A DNA stretch of 50,336 bases, from the IMG/VR virus record IMGVR_UViG_2974574029_000001, positions 95,424 to 145,759 of that record; one strand, 5' to 3'. Position numbers and translations under genes: made by a program. The notes beneath the pieces were generated by a model, which saw only the letters and a list, made by a program, of their open reading frames with translations, was not told the DNA's origin and did not search any database. Shown piece after piece: positions 28,769-38,066 of the stretch (within the stretch, counting starts at the first letter, position 1; every line of letters starts with the position of its first letter). The DNA comes from a virus. Taxonomy: Duplodnaviria; Heunggongvirae; Uroviricota; Caudoviricetes.

Positions 28769-29110
28769 TTACTCAGATTTTTCTTCAACGACTTGTGTAA
28801 CTGGTACAGCAAGCAGGTGATCAACCAACTTGTCTTCAACTTGCGCTAAAAGATTCTGCGCGAAGGTTGAAGCTCCACTCAATTGCATTACAGCATTACG
28901 CTGACCACGAATCCAGGCTAACGCCGTTTCGATAGTTTCGTGTTTGCCTTCACTGATTAAACGTTCCATTTCTTTTCTGACGGGTTCAGAATTGATATGG
29001 TCAGCCATCTGAACGCTGGCACTTGAGAGGAAAATCACAGTTCCGAACTGATTGGGGTCTAGCCCCAGGAATCGTGCTTCGTTGGTAGGGGTTACTTCTT
29101 TAGTCATCAA
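28769..29110 (-). CDS. Hypothetical protein
   Basis: RBS ggagga; downstream of a promoter. Confidence 0.7.
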   Translation of the reverse strand: MMTKEVTPTNEARFLGLDPNQFGTVIFLSSASVQMADHINSEPVRKEMERLISEGKHETIETALAWIRGQRNAVMQLSGASTFAQNLLAQVEDKLVDHLLAVPVTQVVEEKSE

Positions 29111-29132
29111 TCCTCCATTTTGTTAAGAGATA

Positions 29133-29161
29133 ATATTATCATTTTCCAATAATCTTGTCAA
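29133..29161 (-). promoter_or_regulatory. Near-consensus sigma70 promoter TTGACA-17-TAATAT
   Basis: TTGACA agattattggaaaatga TAATAT. Confidence 0.75.
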
Positions 29162-29342
29162 GTAGCGCAGAAAAACCAGCAACACAAAATATCCCAGTGA
29201 TCCCCACGACGAAAACACCAACCAAAACAGCCATTCCGAAATAGAATGGTAAGAGTACCCACCACCACGACCACGCGATTATACCGCACAGCTTGAGGGT
29301 TACAAATATACACCCCAAGATGGTTAAAACACCGATTTTCAT
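29139..29342 (-). CDS. Small membrane protein (LKL.G.IAWSWWWVLLP family)
   Basis: RBS aaggag; Trp-rich TM motif common in phages. Confidence 0.75.
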   Translation of the reverse strand: MKIGVLTILGCIFVTLKLCGIIAWSWWWVLLPFYFGMAVLVGVFVVGITGIFCVAGFSALLDKIIGK

Positions 29343-29352
29343 ATTTTTCTCC

Positions 29353-29592
29353 TTAATCACAAGAGCTTGAGCTGGAACCGCAGTCCCCGCTACTATAACT
29401 ACCGCCATCATCAGAAGATGAATAATACACCGAACTCATCGCGACATATACCATAGTGTCATCATCGTTAGATGAGGTTGTCCGGGAAGACTGCACGTTC
29501 CGAGAGTGAGATCGAGCTGCTGGCGAAGTATTTTTAACAATCTCCGCAATCCTGCGTTCTTTTTCCTTGTTAATTTCACTGAGCCTTTTCAT
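29353..29592 (-). CDS. Hypothetical protein with Ser/Asp-rich tail
   Basis: ATGA coupling; basic N-terminus, SSDDGGS...SCD end. Confidence 0.65.
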   Translation of the reverse strand: MKRLSEINKEKERRIAEIVKNTSPAARSHSRNVQSSRTTSSNDDDTMVYVAMSSVYYSSSDDGGSYSSGDCGSSSSSCD

Positions 29593-29738
29593 CGCTTCCG
29601 GTTAGGGAATTTAGGTAACACAGTGGTAACCTTGGTGGTTTGACTCACAAAGGTATTGTTGTTATTGCCTACGGTTACGATAGTGTTCGTTCCGAACAGG
29701 CTACATAGCCATTTGAAAAATTTTCGGATTTTAGTCAT
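29589..29738 (-). CDS. Small hypothetical protein (49 aa, MTKIRKFFKWLCSLFG...)
   Basis: Read by hand; RBS gagg; overlaps both neighbours. Confidence 0.55.
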   Translation of the reverse strand: MTKIRKFFKWLCSLFGTNTIVTVGNNNNTFVSQTTKVTTVLPKFPNRKR

Positions 29739-30042
29739 TCCAATCTACCTCTTCAAGAATCTCTCTCAGCGGAGGAACAAGAACCCCATTCGCTGCCAAA
29801 AGGTTCGCAAACTTCCGGTAAACATGCCGAGTTTCTTTTCCCGCCAGATGCCACAGTTTGATCGCCCGAACATCCACGGCCTCTTCAGAGTACATATACT
29901 CATAAGAGACTACCTTCGCTTGTTGTCGCGTTACACCAAGCAGTTCTGCGAAAACGGAGTGCGGATCAGCTTGTGGCTTACCATAGGCCTCTGCCCAAGC
30001 ATCTGGGACAAGGCTACGAACACCAAGTTCATCAATTAGCAT
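29731..30042 (-). CDS. Hypothetical protein (103 aa)
   Basis: Start MLIDELGV with RBS ggagga. Confidence 0.7.
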   Translation of the reverse strand: MLIDELGVRSLVPDAWAEAYGKPQADPHSVFAELLGVTRQQAKVVSYEYMYSEEAVDVRAIKLWHLAGKETRHVYRKFANLLAANGVLVPPLREILEEVDWND

Positions 30043-30316
30043 AAAATTCCTCCAATACATCCCAAATTGCTGCGCTTGGTCCACCAGACATAAAGCTCCA
30101 AATAACCATATCTTGGTATCCTTGACGACAAACGTCAGTCTGCCGGAACGCTTTGTGGAAAGATGTCGGATCGCCCCAATCAACCGGGAGATCATCCACG
30201 TTCTCCTTGAAGTATGCAAGCATCAGTTGCTCTTCAAGAGTGGGTTTCGAACCGACACGGGCCTCGTACATCTCTACAAACCTAGCCCCGGTACGTTCTT
30301 CACGAGTTAAAGCCAT
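30032..30316 (-). CDS. Hypothetical protein
   Basis: RBS ggag; overlapping operon packing. Confidence 0.7.
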   Translation of the reverse strand: MALTREERTGARFVEMYEARVGSKPTLEEQLMLAYFKENVDDLPVDWGDPTSFHKAFRQTDVCRQGYQDMVIWSFMSGGPSAAIWDVLEEFYAN

Positions 30317-30678
30317 TCTCCAGTCTCCATTTGTTTTGGTGTCAGAGTCCTTACCTGAGTATCATCAACAGGTGCAAATCCAACAACAGGTTTATAGCAG
30401 CGCTCTTTCTTTGCATCAAACACATAGAATGATGCCACCGCCTCTGGTTTTGCGCAAGTGGTATAATGGCGCTGATACATTCCGTAGCCATCTAAGTAGG
30501 TGCTTAGATAACTCATGCTTGTGCCAAAAATCCCAACAAGAAGAACATAAGTGAAAATTTTAGATTTCCAACTTTCACGAAAAGAATGCACACACGCCCA
30601 AATGGCAAGCATACCGTACAGAAGACAGCTCCCAACCCAGTTGTTGTGCATTGTAAACCATTCCCAAAATCCGATCAT
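30307..30678 (-). CDS. Membrane protein
   Basis: Two N-terminal hydrophobic segments; RBS ggagg. Confidence 0.65.
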   Translation of the reverse strand: MIGFWEWFTMHNNWVGSCLLYGMLAIWACVHSFRESWKSKIFTYVLLVGIFGTSMSYLSTYLDGYGMYQRHYTTCAKPEAVASFYVFDAKKERCYKPVVGFAPVDDTQVRTLTPKQMETGEWL

Positions 30679-30681
30679 CGA

Positions 30682-31365
30682 CTACCCTCCAAAATTGGTT
30701 GTTTCACGTAAATTTGAAATGTCTTCCAGTATACCGTCTACAACTTCCGTAAAGCGTTGAATCACTCGCCCATCCTTGTAGGGTTGTTTCTCATAACCAG
30801 TAAGCAAGCGGAATATGTTCCTGCACTTTTCTTTTTGCCATGCCAGATGGGCCAATTGCGGATTCTCATAGTAGCCAAGATTTTTATATTTATTCTCGAC
30901 CATTATGTAGGCTCTGTATTTCATTCTTGATGAAACCCAGCTAACTCCCAGTGGTAGCTCTTTAATATTCTCTTTTTGGTAAGATAGCACAGAATTCAAT
31001 GTTGATGGAACCAGAATGCAAGTGACAGGCGAGTACAGTTTACCATTCCCCAGTATGTCCTTGTCAAGTTGAAACTTTACTTCACGTTCTTTAATGGGTA
31101 AGTCCAGCTCTTTTAGCCATATATCGTGTTGTTTTTGACTCTGCACCCAAAGTTTAAAAGCCATGAATGAGTGCCAACTAGTATCCACAATACAACCCAA
31201 ATAGGATGGATCACTTTTACCATAACAACGTTTCAACATACTCTTCCACAGAACAAAGTAAGGGCATTTTTTAGCGTGTACTGTCCTGCCTGCCACTCTT
31301 TTACCCGGTTCGGTAACATAGGGGGCGTCATTAACGCCCACCCCGTACACTAGTTTTCTAGCCAT
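30682..31365 (-). mobile_element. HNH homing endonuclease (227 aa)
   Basis: YGVGVND, W.SML.RC, LDKDIL...YSP.TC..VP..LN, AP2-like GVSW; paralog of 41657-42280. Confidence 0.8.
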
Positions 31366-32059
31366 TCTTTCTCCATTTATACCAACCATAAAGAGAGTTG
31401 AGCCAGAATGTGACCCACATAGCCAAAATTGCAGAACCAGCTCCTTGATGATGAATCGTAGCTTGTACCCACATAACAATTGCAACAGTGTTCACCAGTA
31501 GCCAAATCAGCCATTGTTCTGCATAACGAACCATCATCAGATAGGTTGCCAGAACTGACAGGATTGCTGTCGCAGAATCGAGACCCGGCATACTCCCTTT
31601 CAGCAGACTAACGAACTCGGCGTATAATCCGATCGTCACCAATGTCCCAATACCAACAATCCAGCGCTGTTTTGTGGTTAGATACTTCTTGATGACATCC
31701 GCACGTTCACCATCCGCAGAGACTGTTAACTTCCGCGCCCAGATTACCCCTCCAATGACCTGCATCGGGGTGAATAATAGAGTGTACATAATCGTCTCGC
31801 CGTACAGCTTGTACGTGAAAGAGATATATGCATACAGCACCGTTGCCACAAAACCCCAGTAATAACTAGAGAGCTTACCTTTTGCCACCAGGATAGCCCC
31901 GATGATTCCGGTGACTGAAGAGATAAACTCTATCAAGCCACCACCCATAGTCAGAGATACAATTGCGATAGCTCCGGAGCAGATCAGAAGCCAAAGGTAT
32001 TCCAGTTTTGTCCAACCATAGAAGTCTGTCCAAGTTGTTTTTACGTATAGATTCATCAT
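31358..32059 (-). CDS. pnuC: PnuC-like nicotinamide riboside transporter
   Basis: Multi-TM; LVAKGK.SSY.WG; DSATAILSVLATYLM..RY.EQWL.W. Confidence 0.9.
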   Translation of the reverse strand: MMNLYVKTTWTDFYGWTKLEYLWLLICSGAIAIVSLTMGGGLIEFISSVTGIIGAILVAKGKLSSYYWGFVATVLYAYISFTYKLYGETIMYTLLFTPMQVIGGVIWARKLTVSADGERADVIKKYLTTKQRWIVGIGTLVTIGLYAEFVSLLKGSMPGLDSATAILSVLATYLMMVRYAEQWLIWLLVNTVAIVMWVQATIHHQGAGSAILAMWVTFWLNSLYGWYKWRKNG

Positions 32060-32083
32060 GTAATCTTTTCTCCTGTTACTAGT

Positions 32084-32311
32084 TTATAAGGTTACTTGCT
32101 CTAACGTTAAAGAGGTTAACCCATATTTTTCTGGTTGTCCAGCAAACTCTTCTTCTGTGTAAGAAAAAGACCATGAACTTCCACGAGCCTCAAACATATC
32201 GAACCGCGCAGAGTTAATATCCGCAGCCTCTATACAGACGTAGAAGTTTCCCAAGGACACTCCATCCTTCATCTGTTGGTTCATACCAAAGGTGAAGTAG
32301 TATTTGTTCAT
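32084..32311 (-). CDS. Hypothetical protein (YYFTFG family)
   Basis: RBS gagg; W.F.Y motif. Confidence 0.7.
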   Translation of the reverse strand: MNKYYFTFGMNQQMKDGVSLGNFYVCIEAADINSARFDMFEARGSSWSFSYTEEEFAGQPEKYGLTSLTLEQVTL

Positions 32312-32754
32312 AAGATGCTCCTCAGTCTTTTCAGAAGTGCTTCGATCTTTGGATTCACTGCATTGTTACCGTATAACTTATACTTCAGATCCAGAACTGC
32401 GTCAAGTAATTCCGGAGCCGCTGCAATAAGGGTTGCATCTTCAACGGTATTAATCTCTGAGCACACATCACAGTGACATGCTACCTCTTTGTTCGGCTGT
32501 TTACAAAAACATACAAGGTCTTTACCATCCAAGTCAAGCAAATCTTGCATGATTATTTTACCTGTACGGATCTGTTGCCATAACCAGACACGATATCTCT
32601 CAATTGTAGCCCCACGAGGCTCATCTTTAGATAGTTTGAATGGGTTGGCAAACTTGGATTGCTTCAGGCCAAGGTGGGGCATTGCTCGCCCCATATACTC
32701 AGCATTCTCAGGTATCACTTTACCGAGGTGGTAGAAGTTGAGTACCTTAGCCAT
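32308..32754 (-). CDS. DUF4326-like protein with appended LIAAAPELL segment
   Basis: YMGR...SKFANPF; IERYR.WL; GKDLVCFC...CHCDV. Confidence 0.75.
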   Translation of the reverse strand: MAKVLNFYHLGKVIPENAEYMGRAMPHLGLKQSKFANPFKLSKDEPRGATIERYRVWLWQQIRTGKIIMQDLLDLDGKDLVCFCKQPNKEVACHCDVCSEINTVEDATLIAAAPELLDAVLDLKYKLYGNNAVNPKIEALLKRLRSIL

Positions 32755-32959
32755 TTACAAGTTCCGGATGAAGGCGTTTATAAAGCTCACGAGTGAACTC
32801 GATGATCCACCACTTAACCTCAACACCCTCTATCTCTTCATTGGTTGAGAAGTCTGTCAGCCACTGTACGGCATTGATAATATGCTCATCAGACATATGA
32901 GTGATCCTGACTGGATAACCCTCTTGGGTCTTCCAAACCAGCACTTTAGTTTGATCCAT
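32747..32959 (-). CDS. Hypothetical protein
   Basis: RBS; HMSDEHI.N motif. Confidence 0.65.
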   Translation of the reverse strand: MDQTKVLVWKTQEGYPVRITHMSDEHIINAVQWLTDFSTNEEIEGVEVKWWIIEFTRELYKRLHPELVNG

Positions 32960-32960
32960 C

Positions 32961-33227
32961 TTATTCTCCTTTGTGTGAGGATATTTTCATCATCAGTTTG
33001 GCCCAGGCCTCTGAGTCGGCCTTGCGAACAATGCTAACACTGTAAGGCATACTGTCGGTGTCCCGAATGAAACGCTCACTTTGAGATTTCAGAATTGCAT
33101 CGGGATGAGAAACCATCAACATCAGGTTACCTGTTGACCCACGGTATTGACAAAGCTCTACAGACTCATCACCGTTCCACTGGCGAACCAGTACGAGATC
33201 GCCAACCTCAAGCTTTGGAAACCCCAT
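32961..33227 (-). CDS. Hypothetical protein
   Basis: RBS aaggag; operon packing. Confidence 0.7.
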   Translation of the reverse strand: MGFPKLEVGDLVLVRQWNGDESVELCQYRGSTGNLMLMVSHPDAILKSQSERFIRDTDSMPYSVSIVRKADSEAWAKLMMKISSHKGE

Positions 33228-33228
33228 C

Positions 33229-34301
33229 TTATTCTCCTTTAATATTCAGCAATTTACGGACAGCCTCTTCTGCTTGTTTGATCCTATCTTCGTAACTGTT
33301 GCCTTGAATGGCTACTACTTGGCACTTATTATAATAGTAGTTGACCATACATTCAAGCGTTCTGTTAGTTTCTTCTCGTTTTTCTGGCGTATCTTGTAAA
33401 CGCAGGGGATCTGCAACCCACGGAACCTCTGGGGTGAGGTACAGAATGAGATCATAAAAATTTTCTCCCTCTTCAAGATTCAAAGCGTGGAACAGTCTGT
33501 CTCCGTGCTCAATCTTACCCGCACAGATACCGGAGAAGTGCGTGATCAGGTTTGTGGTGTCGGAGAACATCACCCCGCGATCACCCCACCCAGCCACCTC
33601 CATCTCCTTCAGGCGATGCTCCATTGCAATACGCAGGTAATCCTCACGAGACATAGCGAACTCGCTGGAGTGGTATTCCCGCTCACAGATAAGCCTTCCG
33701 ATCTCCGGAATCCAGCCAGCATTAAAGGTACGGGCCAAGTGTTGCGTCAGGGTTGTTTTCCCTGTGCTCTCAACACCAATAATGGCAACCTTTTTCATGA
33801 AGCGTTTACGTGCAGGCCACGCCAGGTTGTAGAAGTTGTTGTACGGATCGTTACGGATCATTGTGGCAGAGATAGGCACTTCTTTACGCTCTGCGTCGAT
33901 CACAACGTGCTTCGCTTCAGGGAAGAATTCGTTGAAGTAAGACTCATACTCCGGCTCTGAAGAGAAGGCAAAATCGTACTTAACGAACGGTTGTTTTGCA
34001 CGGATCAGTTTCGCATAGGCAGCGCCACCTTCTGGATAGCCTGGGATTTTAGACTCATCAACGTAGTCTACCTTCACGTTGTCAAGTCCCTCGTCGGCAA
34101 TGACATCCAGCAGGTCACGATAACGATCAGCAAGTCCCAGCTTAGGACGAATCCACTCTGGTTGTGCGTCAACGAATTTTTGGTCATAGGACAGGAACAG
34201 ATACAAAGCACTAACCTGCTGTGCTGCCTGACGAATAAAGCAATATGCCCGTTAGTCAGTGGTGCAAACTTACCGAAGATAAGGCCGCGAGTCATTGTCA
34301 T
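33229..34301 (-). CDS. nadR: NadR-like NMN adenylyltransferase/ribosylnicotinamide kinase lacking the HTH domain (357 aa after restoring one base at 34237-34239)
   Basis: FGKFAPLTNGH (HIGH-like); ISATMIR; Walker A GVESTGKTT; FSDT; PWVADPLR. Confidence 0.9.
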
Positions 34302-34585
34302 TTGTTTTTCTCCATCGCTTCAAGGGCAATACGGTTTAACAGTATATCACGTTTCATTTTTGAAATCTCTAATTCCAGTTCTGCAACCTTCAGTTGCATT
34401 TCAGCCGTTTCTCTTTGTACCATGACCTTTTCAAGACCACGCTTGTATGACTCCAGTATGTCGCCCCGCGCCGCCTCGTCGATACTCTGGATTTTCATAT
34501 TAGCCAGATCATTTTCGGTATAAAACTCTGTGGCTTGTGTAGAAAAAGCTACCACCAATAGTGCAGCAAGAATAAACTTTTTCAT
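34298..34585 (-). CDS. Exported coiled-coil protein
   Basis: Signal peptide MKKFILAALLVVAFSTQA. Confidence 0.7.
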   Translation of the reverse strand: MKKFILAALLVVAFSTQATEFYTENDLANMKIQSIDEAARGDILESYKRGLEKVMVQRETAEMQLKVAELELEISKMKRDILLNRIALEAMEKNK

Positions 34586-34618
34586 TTCAATCTCCTCTTG
34601 AGATTATTTAGTTATGGT

Positions 34619-34825
34619 TTAGTAGCGAGACCACTTCACGCGACCACCGTCGCAGATTAGTTTGTTCTCTACGACAACACCATCAGCACTGTTTGCAAGG
34701 CGTTGTTCACCGTTAGGCTTACAATTATGGGTGACGGTATCAGCGATGTCAATAACAATAAACACCGCAACCACAATTATCCCAACGATCACCAGGGGTT
34801 TTACCCAAGGCATGTATCCACGCAT
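34619..34825 (-). CDS. Small membrane protein (68 aa)
   Basis: RBS aaggag; one TM helix; two Cys. Confidence 0.65.
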   Translation of the reverse strand: MRGYMPWVKPLVIVGIIVVAVFIVIDIADTVTHNCKPNGEQRLANSADGVVVENKLICDGGRVKWSRY

Positions 34826-34835
34826 TCTCTTCTCC

Positions 34836-35020
34836 TTACCAGTTAGATGCATCAACAATCATTGCACCAAAAATCAGTACAAAGAATTCAAACATGAACA
34901 TGCACAGACCACCACCAAGTATGTCGTTAGTTTGCTGTTGGTAGTTTGCTGTATACGCAAGACCTAAAGTTGTGAGCATGGTCAGTGCCATACCGCACAC
35001 ATAAAATGTGAAAGCTTCAT
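34836..35020 (-). CDS. Small membrane protein (~61 aa) with an apparent 1-nt deletion near 34995
   Basis: MKLSHFMC joins GMALTMLTTLGLAY...ASNW* if one G is restored. Confidence 0.45.
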
Positions 35021-35048
35021 ATCATCTCCGGGTTATTTAACTCCCATA

Positions 35049-35085
35049 ACAATAAAGCCCCTCAACCGTGAAGTCAAGGGGCTTT
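35049..35085 (-). promoter_or_regulatory. Promoter TTGACT-17-TATTGT overlapping a terminator-like inverted repeat
   Basis: aaagcccct/aggggcttt arms at 35054-35062 and 35077-35085. Confidence 0.6.
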
Positions 35086-35089
35086 TGAA

Positions 35090-35449
35090 TTATTTATTCA
35101 TATTTTTAATGCGGTCACTCAAGCCGCTTATCAGGGTGTATTTGCTGATCTCGTCCTGGGTAAGTGGGCGAACTTCCTTATCTTCGCCTACGTTATTATG
35201 ATAATTCCAGCTTTCATCCACATGAACAAGCACCAGCTTCCCAACATGGCTTTGATAATGGCTCTCCCTGATAGCCCTTTTACCATCAAACTGTGGCTTT
35301 AAGGCATCAATGAAGTTTTTCATGACCTTATTTTGAATAGCGTCAGCCAAAAATTCAATTGGCTGGGTTTTCACTATACGAGAAATCTCTTCCTCACTAA
35401 GTTCGATGTCAATACTTTTAATTACAGTTTGTTTTCCAGTTACTTTCAT
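35090..35449 (-). CDS. Hypothetical protein
   Basis: RBS ggagga. Confidence 0.7.
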   Translation of the reverse strand: MKVTGKQTVIKSIDIELSEEEISRIVKTQPIEFLADAIQNKVMKNFIDALKPQFDGKRAIRESHYQSHVGKLVLVHVDESWNYHNNVGEDKEVRPLTQDEISKYTLISGLSDRIKNMNK

Positions 35450-35460
35450 TTATCCTCCAA

Positions 35461-35490
35461 TACAAAAAGGCCCTTTCTGGCCTTGGCGGG
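35461..35490 (-). terminator. Terminator
   Basis: aaggcc-agaaag-ggccttttt on the minus strand. Confidence 0.6.
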
Positions 35491-35494
35491 TAGG

Positions 35495-35890
35495 TTACAG
35501 AGATTCCAGCTCTTTCAGGATATCTTCACGAGACATCGCCGCATCTTTCTCGTTATCCTTCTCTGCCAGCAGATCCAGAAGTTTACGCTTACGCTCAATC
35601 TTCTCTTTCGCTGCCTGGCGATCCGCGATCTCAGCTTTACGCACCGAGATGATGTACTTCAGGATATCCAGTTTCAGGTTTGCCTCACCATTTACAGCAC
35701 TTACTTCAACAACAAAACTTTCTTCAGCAGATGCTTTCACATCTTGGTTAGCCAGTTTGGAAACCGTATCCAGGCTGGTATTACCAGTCATCGGCAGATC
35801 CCACAGATCTTCTGTGGTCAGTAGACCTTTCGGACTTGCAAAACGCAGCTTTTTACGGGTAGCAATTTCGAACAGGTTAGTAATGGTCAT
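35495..35890 (-). CDS. Conserved phage protein (131 aa, LFEIATRKKLRF...EDLWDLP)
   Basis: RBS gaggag; coiled-coil C-terminus; host-optimal codons. Confidence 0.8.
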   Translation of the reverse strand: MTITNLFEIATRKKLRFASPKGLLTTEDLWDLPMTGNTSLDTVSKLANQDVKASAEESFVVEVSAVNGEANLKLDILKYIISVRKAEIADRQAAKEKIERKRKLLDLLAEKDNEKDAAMSREDILKELESL

Positions 35891-35918
35891 CTTTTATCTC
35901 CTCTATGATTTCAATATT

Positions 35919-35939
35919 AGCCCCCGAAGGGGCTGTTTA
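35919..35939 (-). terminator. Hairpin between the 676-aa and 131-aa genes
   Basis: agcccc-ttcg-ggggct; weak U-tail. Confidence 0.5.
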
Positions 35940-35940
35940 A

Positions 35941-37971
35941 TTAGAACTTAATCTTCAGGGTGCGGTTGAAAGAACCAGTCACCTTCACAACCAACTCATT
36001 ACGCTGGGTAGACGAGAAGCCCAGGCCGCTCAGTTGATCAGCGGAGTGTTCAGCTTTGAGCTTGGAACCCAACACTTCGAACACTTTACGATGCTCATGC
36101 AGCTCGTCACGCAGATACTCATTGTAGAAGCCACGAGTATCGTCAGGGTTAATGCAACCTTCCAGCATAAAGAAGTAGTGTTTGTTACCTTTGGTCTGAC
36201 CATCCCAGAAGTTAGGAGAATTCAGCACCAGAGAAACTTTCTGGAAGGTCTCGGTAGAGACGCCCCATACTCCTTTAGATTGCTTAGTATGCCCGATGCT
36301 GTCTACAATTTCAACACCTTTCGCACGAGAATACTTAAAGGTTACAACGGTCTGGCTCTTGCTATTACCCAAAGCTTGCGGGTATGCAAAGTTGAACACT
36401 TGGCCTTTGTATTCCATCTGTACTTCGAAGCCAACGCGATCAGTCATGCGCTTATTATAGTTGTTAACAACAACCTTGTAAACACCTTCCGTGATATTAC
36501 GCTCATTTTCCCACGTAACGTTCTCAACCGGATGGTGTGCGTCTGACTTGCCATAGGCATTCATATCCACATCCAGCGTACCCGTTGAGCGACCACGTTT
36601 GTTACCGAAGTAAATTTGACCGCCACCAGGCTCGAATACGTGCAGGTCGAGGTCATCACTGTTGTACCAGGACAACGAAACACGCAGGTCACCAGTCACG
36701 CTACCGCCAGCGGCTTTCACACGCTCCTTGATGGAGTCAGTTACTTCGCCATTATACGACCAGGAGAAGCCGTTATCCCATTTGAACAGGTTAGGAGCAC
36801 CTGCGTTTGCCGGGGCAACCAGGCTCATCAGGTTCGGTGTCAGACGACCTTCAACCAGCGCTTCGATAGTGTCCGCTTTCGGCAGAACGTTATTGATGAA
36901 ATCCTCAATGCTGATCTCTTCTACTTTCGACAGTGACTTCGGCGCGTTTTTGGTTGACGCTGCCAGTTGCTCGAATACGTTCATCTGGGCCTTTGCAGAA
37001 CGGTCAGCAAACAACACGTTGTTGATCGTCAGGTCAGAGGTCACCGCAAAGCGACGTGCCAGAGATTCAGTCAAGCCGAGGGCTTCAACCTTCTCTTGTG
37101 CTGCCTTGATCATGCCCGGAGTTACCAGAGCTGTAGTACGCTTGTAGTTGGTCCCTGAGACTTTGTCTTCAAAGGACTTCACTGCGGCTTCAAGATCAAT
37201 ACCTTCTGCCAGATCGCTCATCAGTGTACCGATGACATCATTACGGAAGCGGCCCAGTTTACCCAGCGTTTCACTTTGTTTCCAGCAGAAGTTCATTCGC
37301 TGATCTTCCGGCGTTTTGTCGTATGCACGTTTCGCCTTAATAAAGGCAGCAACAATGTGCTTTTTCTCATCACCACGGTACAGAGAGCCTTGGTTGATCA
37401 GGTCCATTACCGTTTCGGCAGAGTCCATATCGATATCTTTCAGAGAACGTGCCAGCACAGTTGCGTTGTCACGGTACTCACCCAGGGCAGAAGGGATATC
37501 TTCACCACGTTTAACCAGTTCGCGAGGCAGGGCCTGATGGAAGTGGGTCCAGGTTTTGGTTTTCCCATTTTCCAGCAGAGCTACGTTGCTCTCAGTACCA
37601 ACGCGGCCTTCGAAGTGGAAGAAGCGATCGCGGATCTCGGCGCTTTCAACACGCGCTTTCATCGCATCGGCAACAACTTGGTAGTAACCACCAACTTTAA
37701 CGTCCCAAATAGAGACCAGCTTTCCGTTGTGAATCGCGACTACTCGGCCCAGAGTACGGATGTAGCTCTTGCAGCAGTTACAGTCATATTCACGGCGCTC
37801 TTTATACATCAGGTTGGTGCCTTCCGGGAAAGAGTCGAGGTACAGATCGTACAGTTCATCTTTCGGTACATCGACCGTGTAAAGCGCACCCAGCGCTTGC
37901 ATGACAGCGAACTGAGCTTTCAGAGCTTTTACGAAGTCAGCGTAAGGTACGGTTTCATATTTTGCGGTCAT
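35941..37971 (-). CDS. Large conserved phage protein with CNCC motif and YfaP/DUF2135-like segment (676 aa)
   Basis: LRVSLSW...DDLDLHV.EP....IYF.NK...LDVDMN; RBS aggag; own promoter. Confidence 0.8.
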   Translation of the reverse strand: MTAKYETVPYADFVKALKAQFAVMQALGALYTVDVPKDELYDLYLDSFPEGTNLMYKERREYDCNCCKSYIRTLGRVVAIHNGKLVSIWDVKVGGYYQVVADAMKARVESAEIRDRFFHFEGRVGTESNVALLENGKTKTWTHFHQALPRELVKRGEDIPSALGEYRDNATVLARSLKDIDMDSAETVMDLINQGSLYRGDEKKHIVAAFIKAKRAYDKTPEDQRMNFCWKQSETLGKLGRFRNDVIGTLMSDLAEGIDLEAAVKSFEDKVSGTNYKRTTALVTPGMIKAAQEKVEALGLTESLARRFAVTSDLTINNVLFADRSAKAQMNVFEQLAASTKNAPKSLSKVEEISIEDFINNVLPKADTIEALVEGRLTPNLMSLVAPANAGAPNLFKWDNGFSWSYNGEVTDSIKERVKAAGGSVTGDLRVSLSWYNSDDLDLHVFEPGGGQIYFGNKRGRSTGTLDVDMNAYGKSDAHHPVENVTWENERNITEGVYKVVVNNYNKRMTDRVGFEVQMEYKGQVFNFAYPQALGNSKSQTVVTFKYSRAKGVEIVDSIGHTKQSKGVWGVSTETFQKVSLVLNSPNFWDGQTKGNKHYFFMLEGCINPDDTRGFYNEYLRDELHEHRKVFEVLGSKLKAEHSADQLSGLGFSSTQRNELVVKVTGSFNRTLKIKF

Positions 37972-38029
37972 TTCGTTCTCCTGTTTGTGAAGTTATTTTG
38001 AAGCGAGGTCTCTCGTCTTCATGTGATAC

Positions 38030-38058
38030 ACTTTAATGCTATTCGAAACGGCTGTCAA
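38030..38058 (-). promoter_or_regulatory. sigma70 promoter TTGACA-17-TAAAGT
   Basis: TTGACA gccgtttcgaatagcat TAAAGT; leader hairpin gaagacgag...ctcgcttc. Confidence 0.7.
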
Positions 38059-38066
38059 CACTATTT

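Noticed and set aside
27988-28800. Long antisense ORFs (e.g. 162-605, 3676-4278, 27988-28800, 36034-36546, 37276-38001, 49037-49669)
   Set aside because: Shadows of codon-biased real genes; no RBS or recognisable motifs
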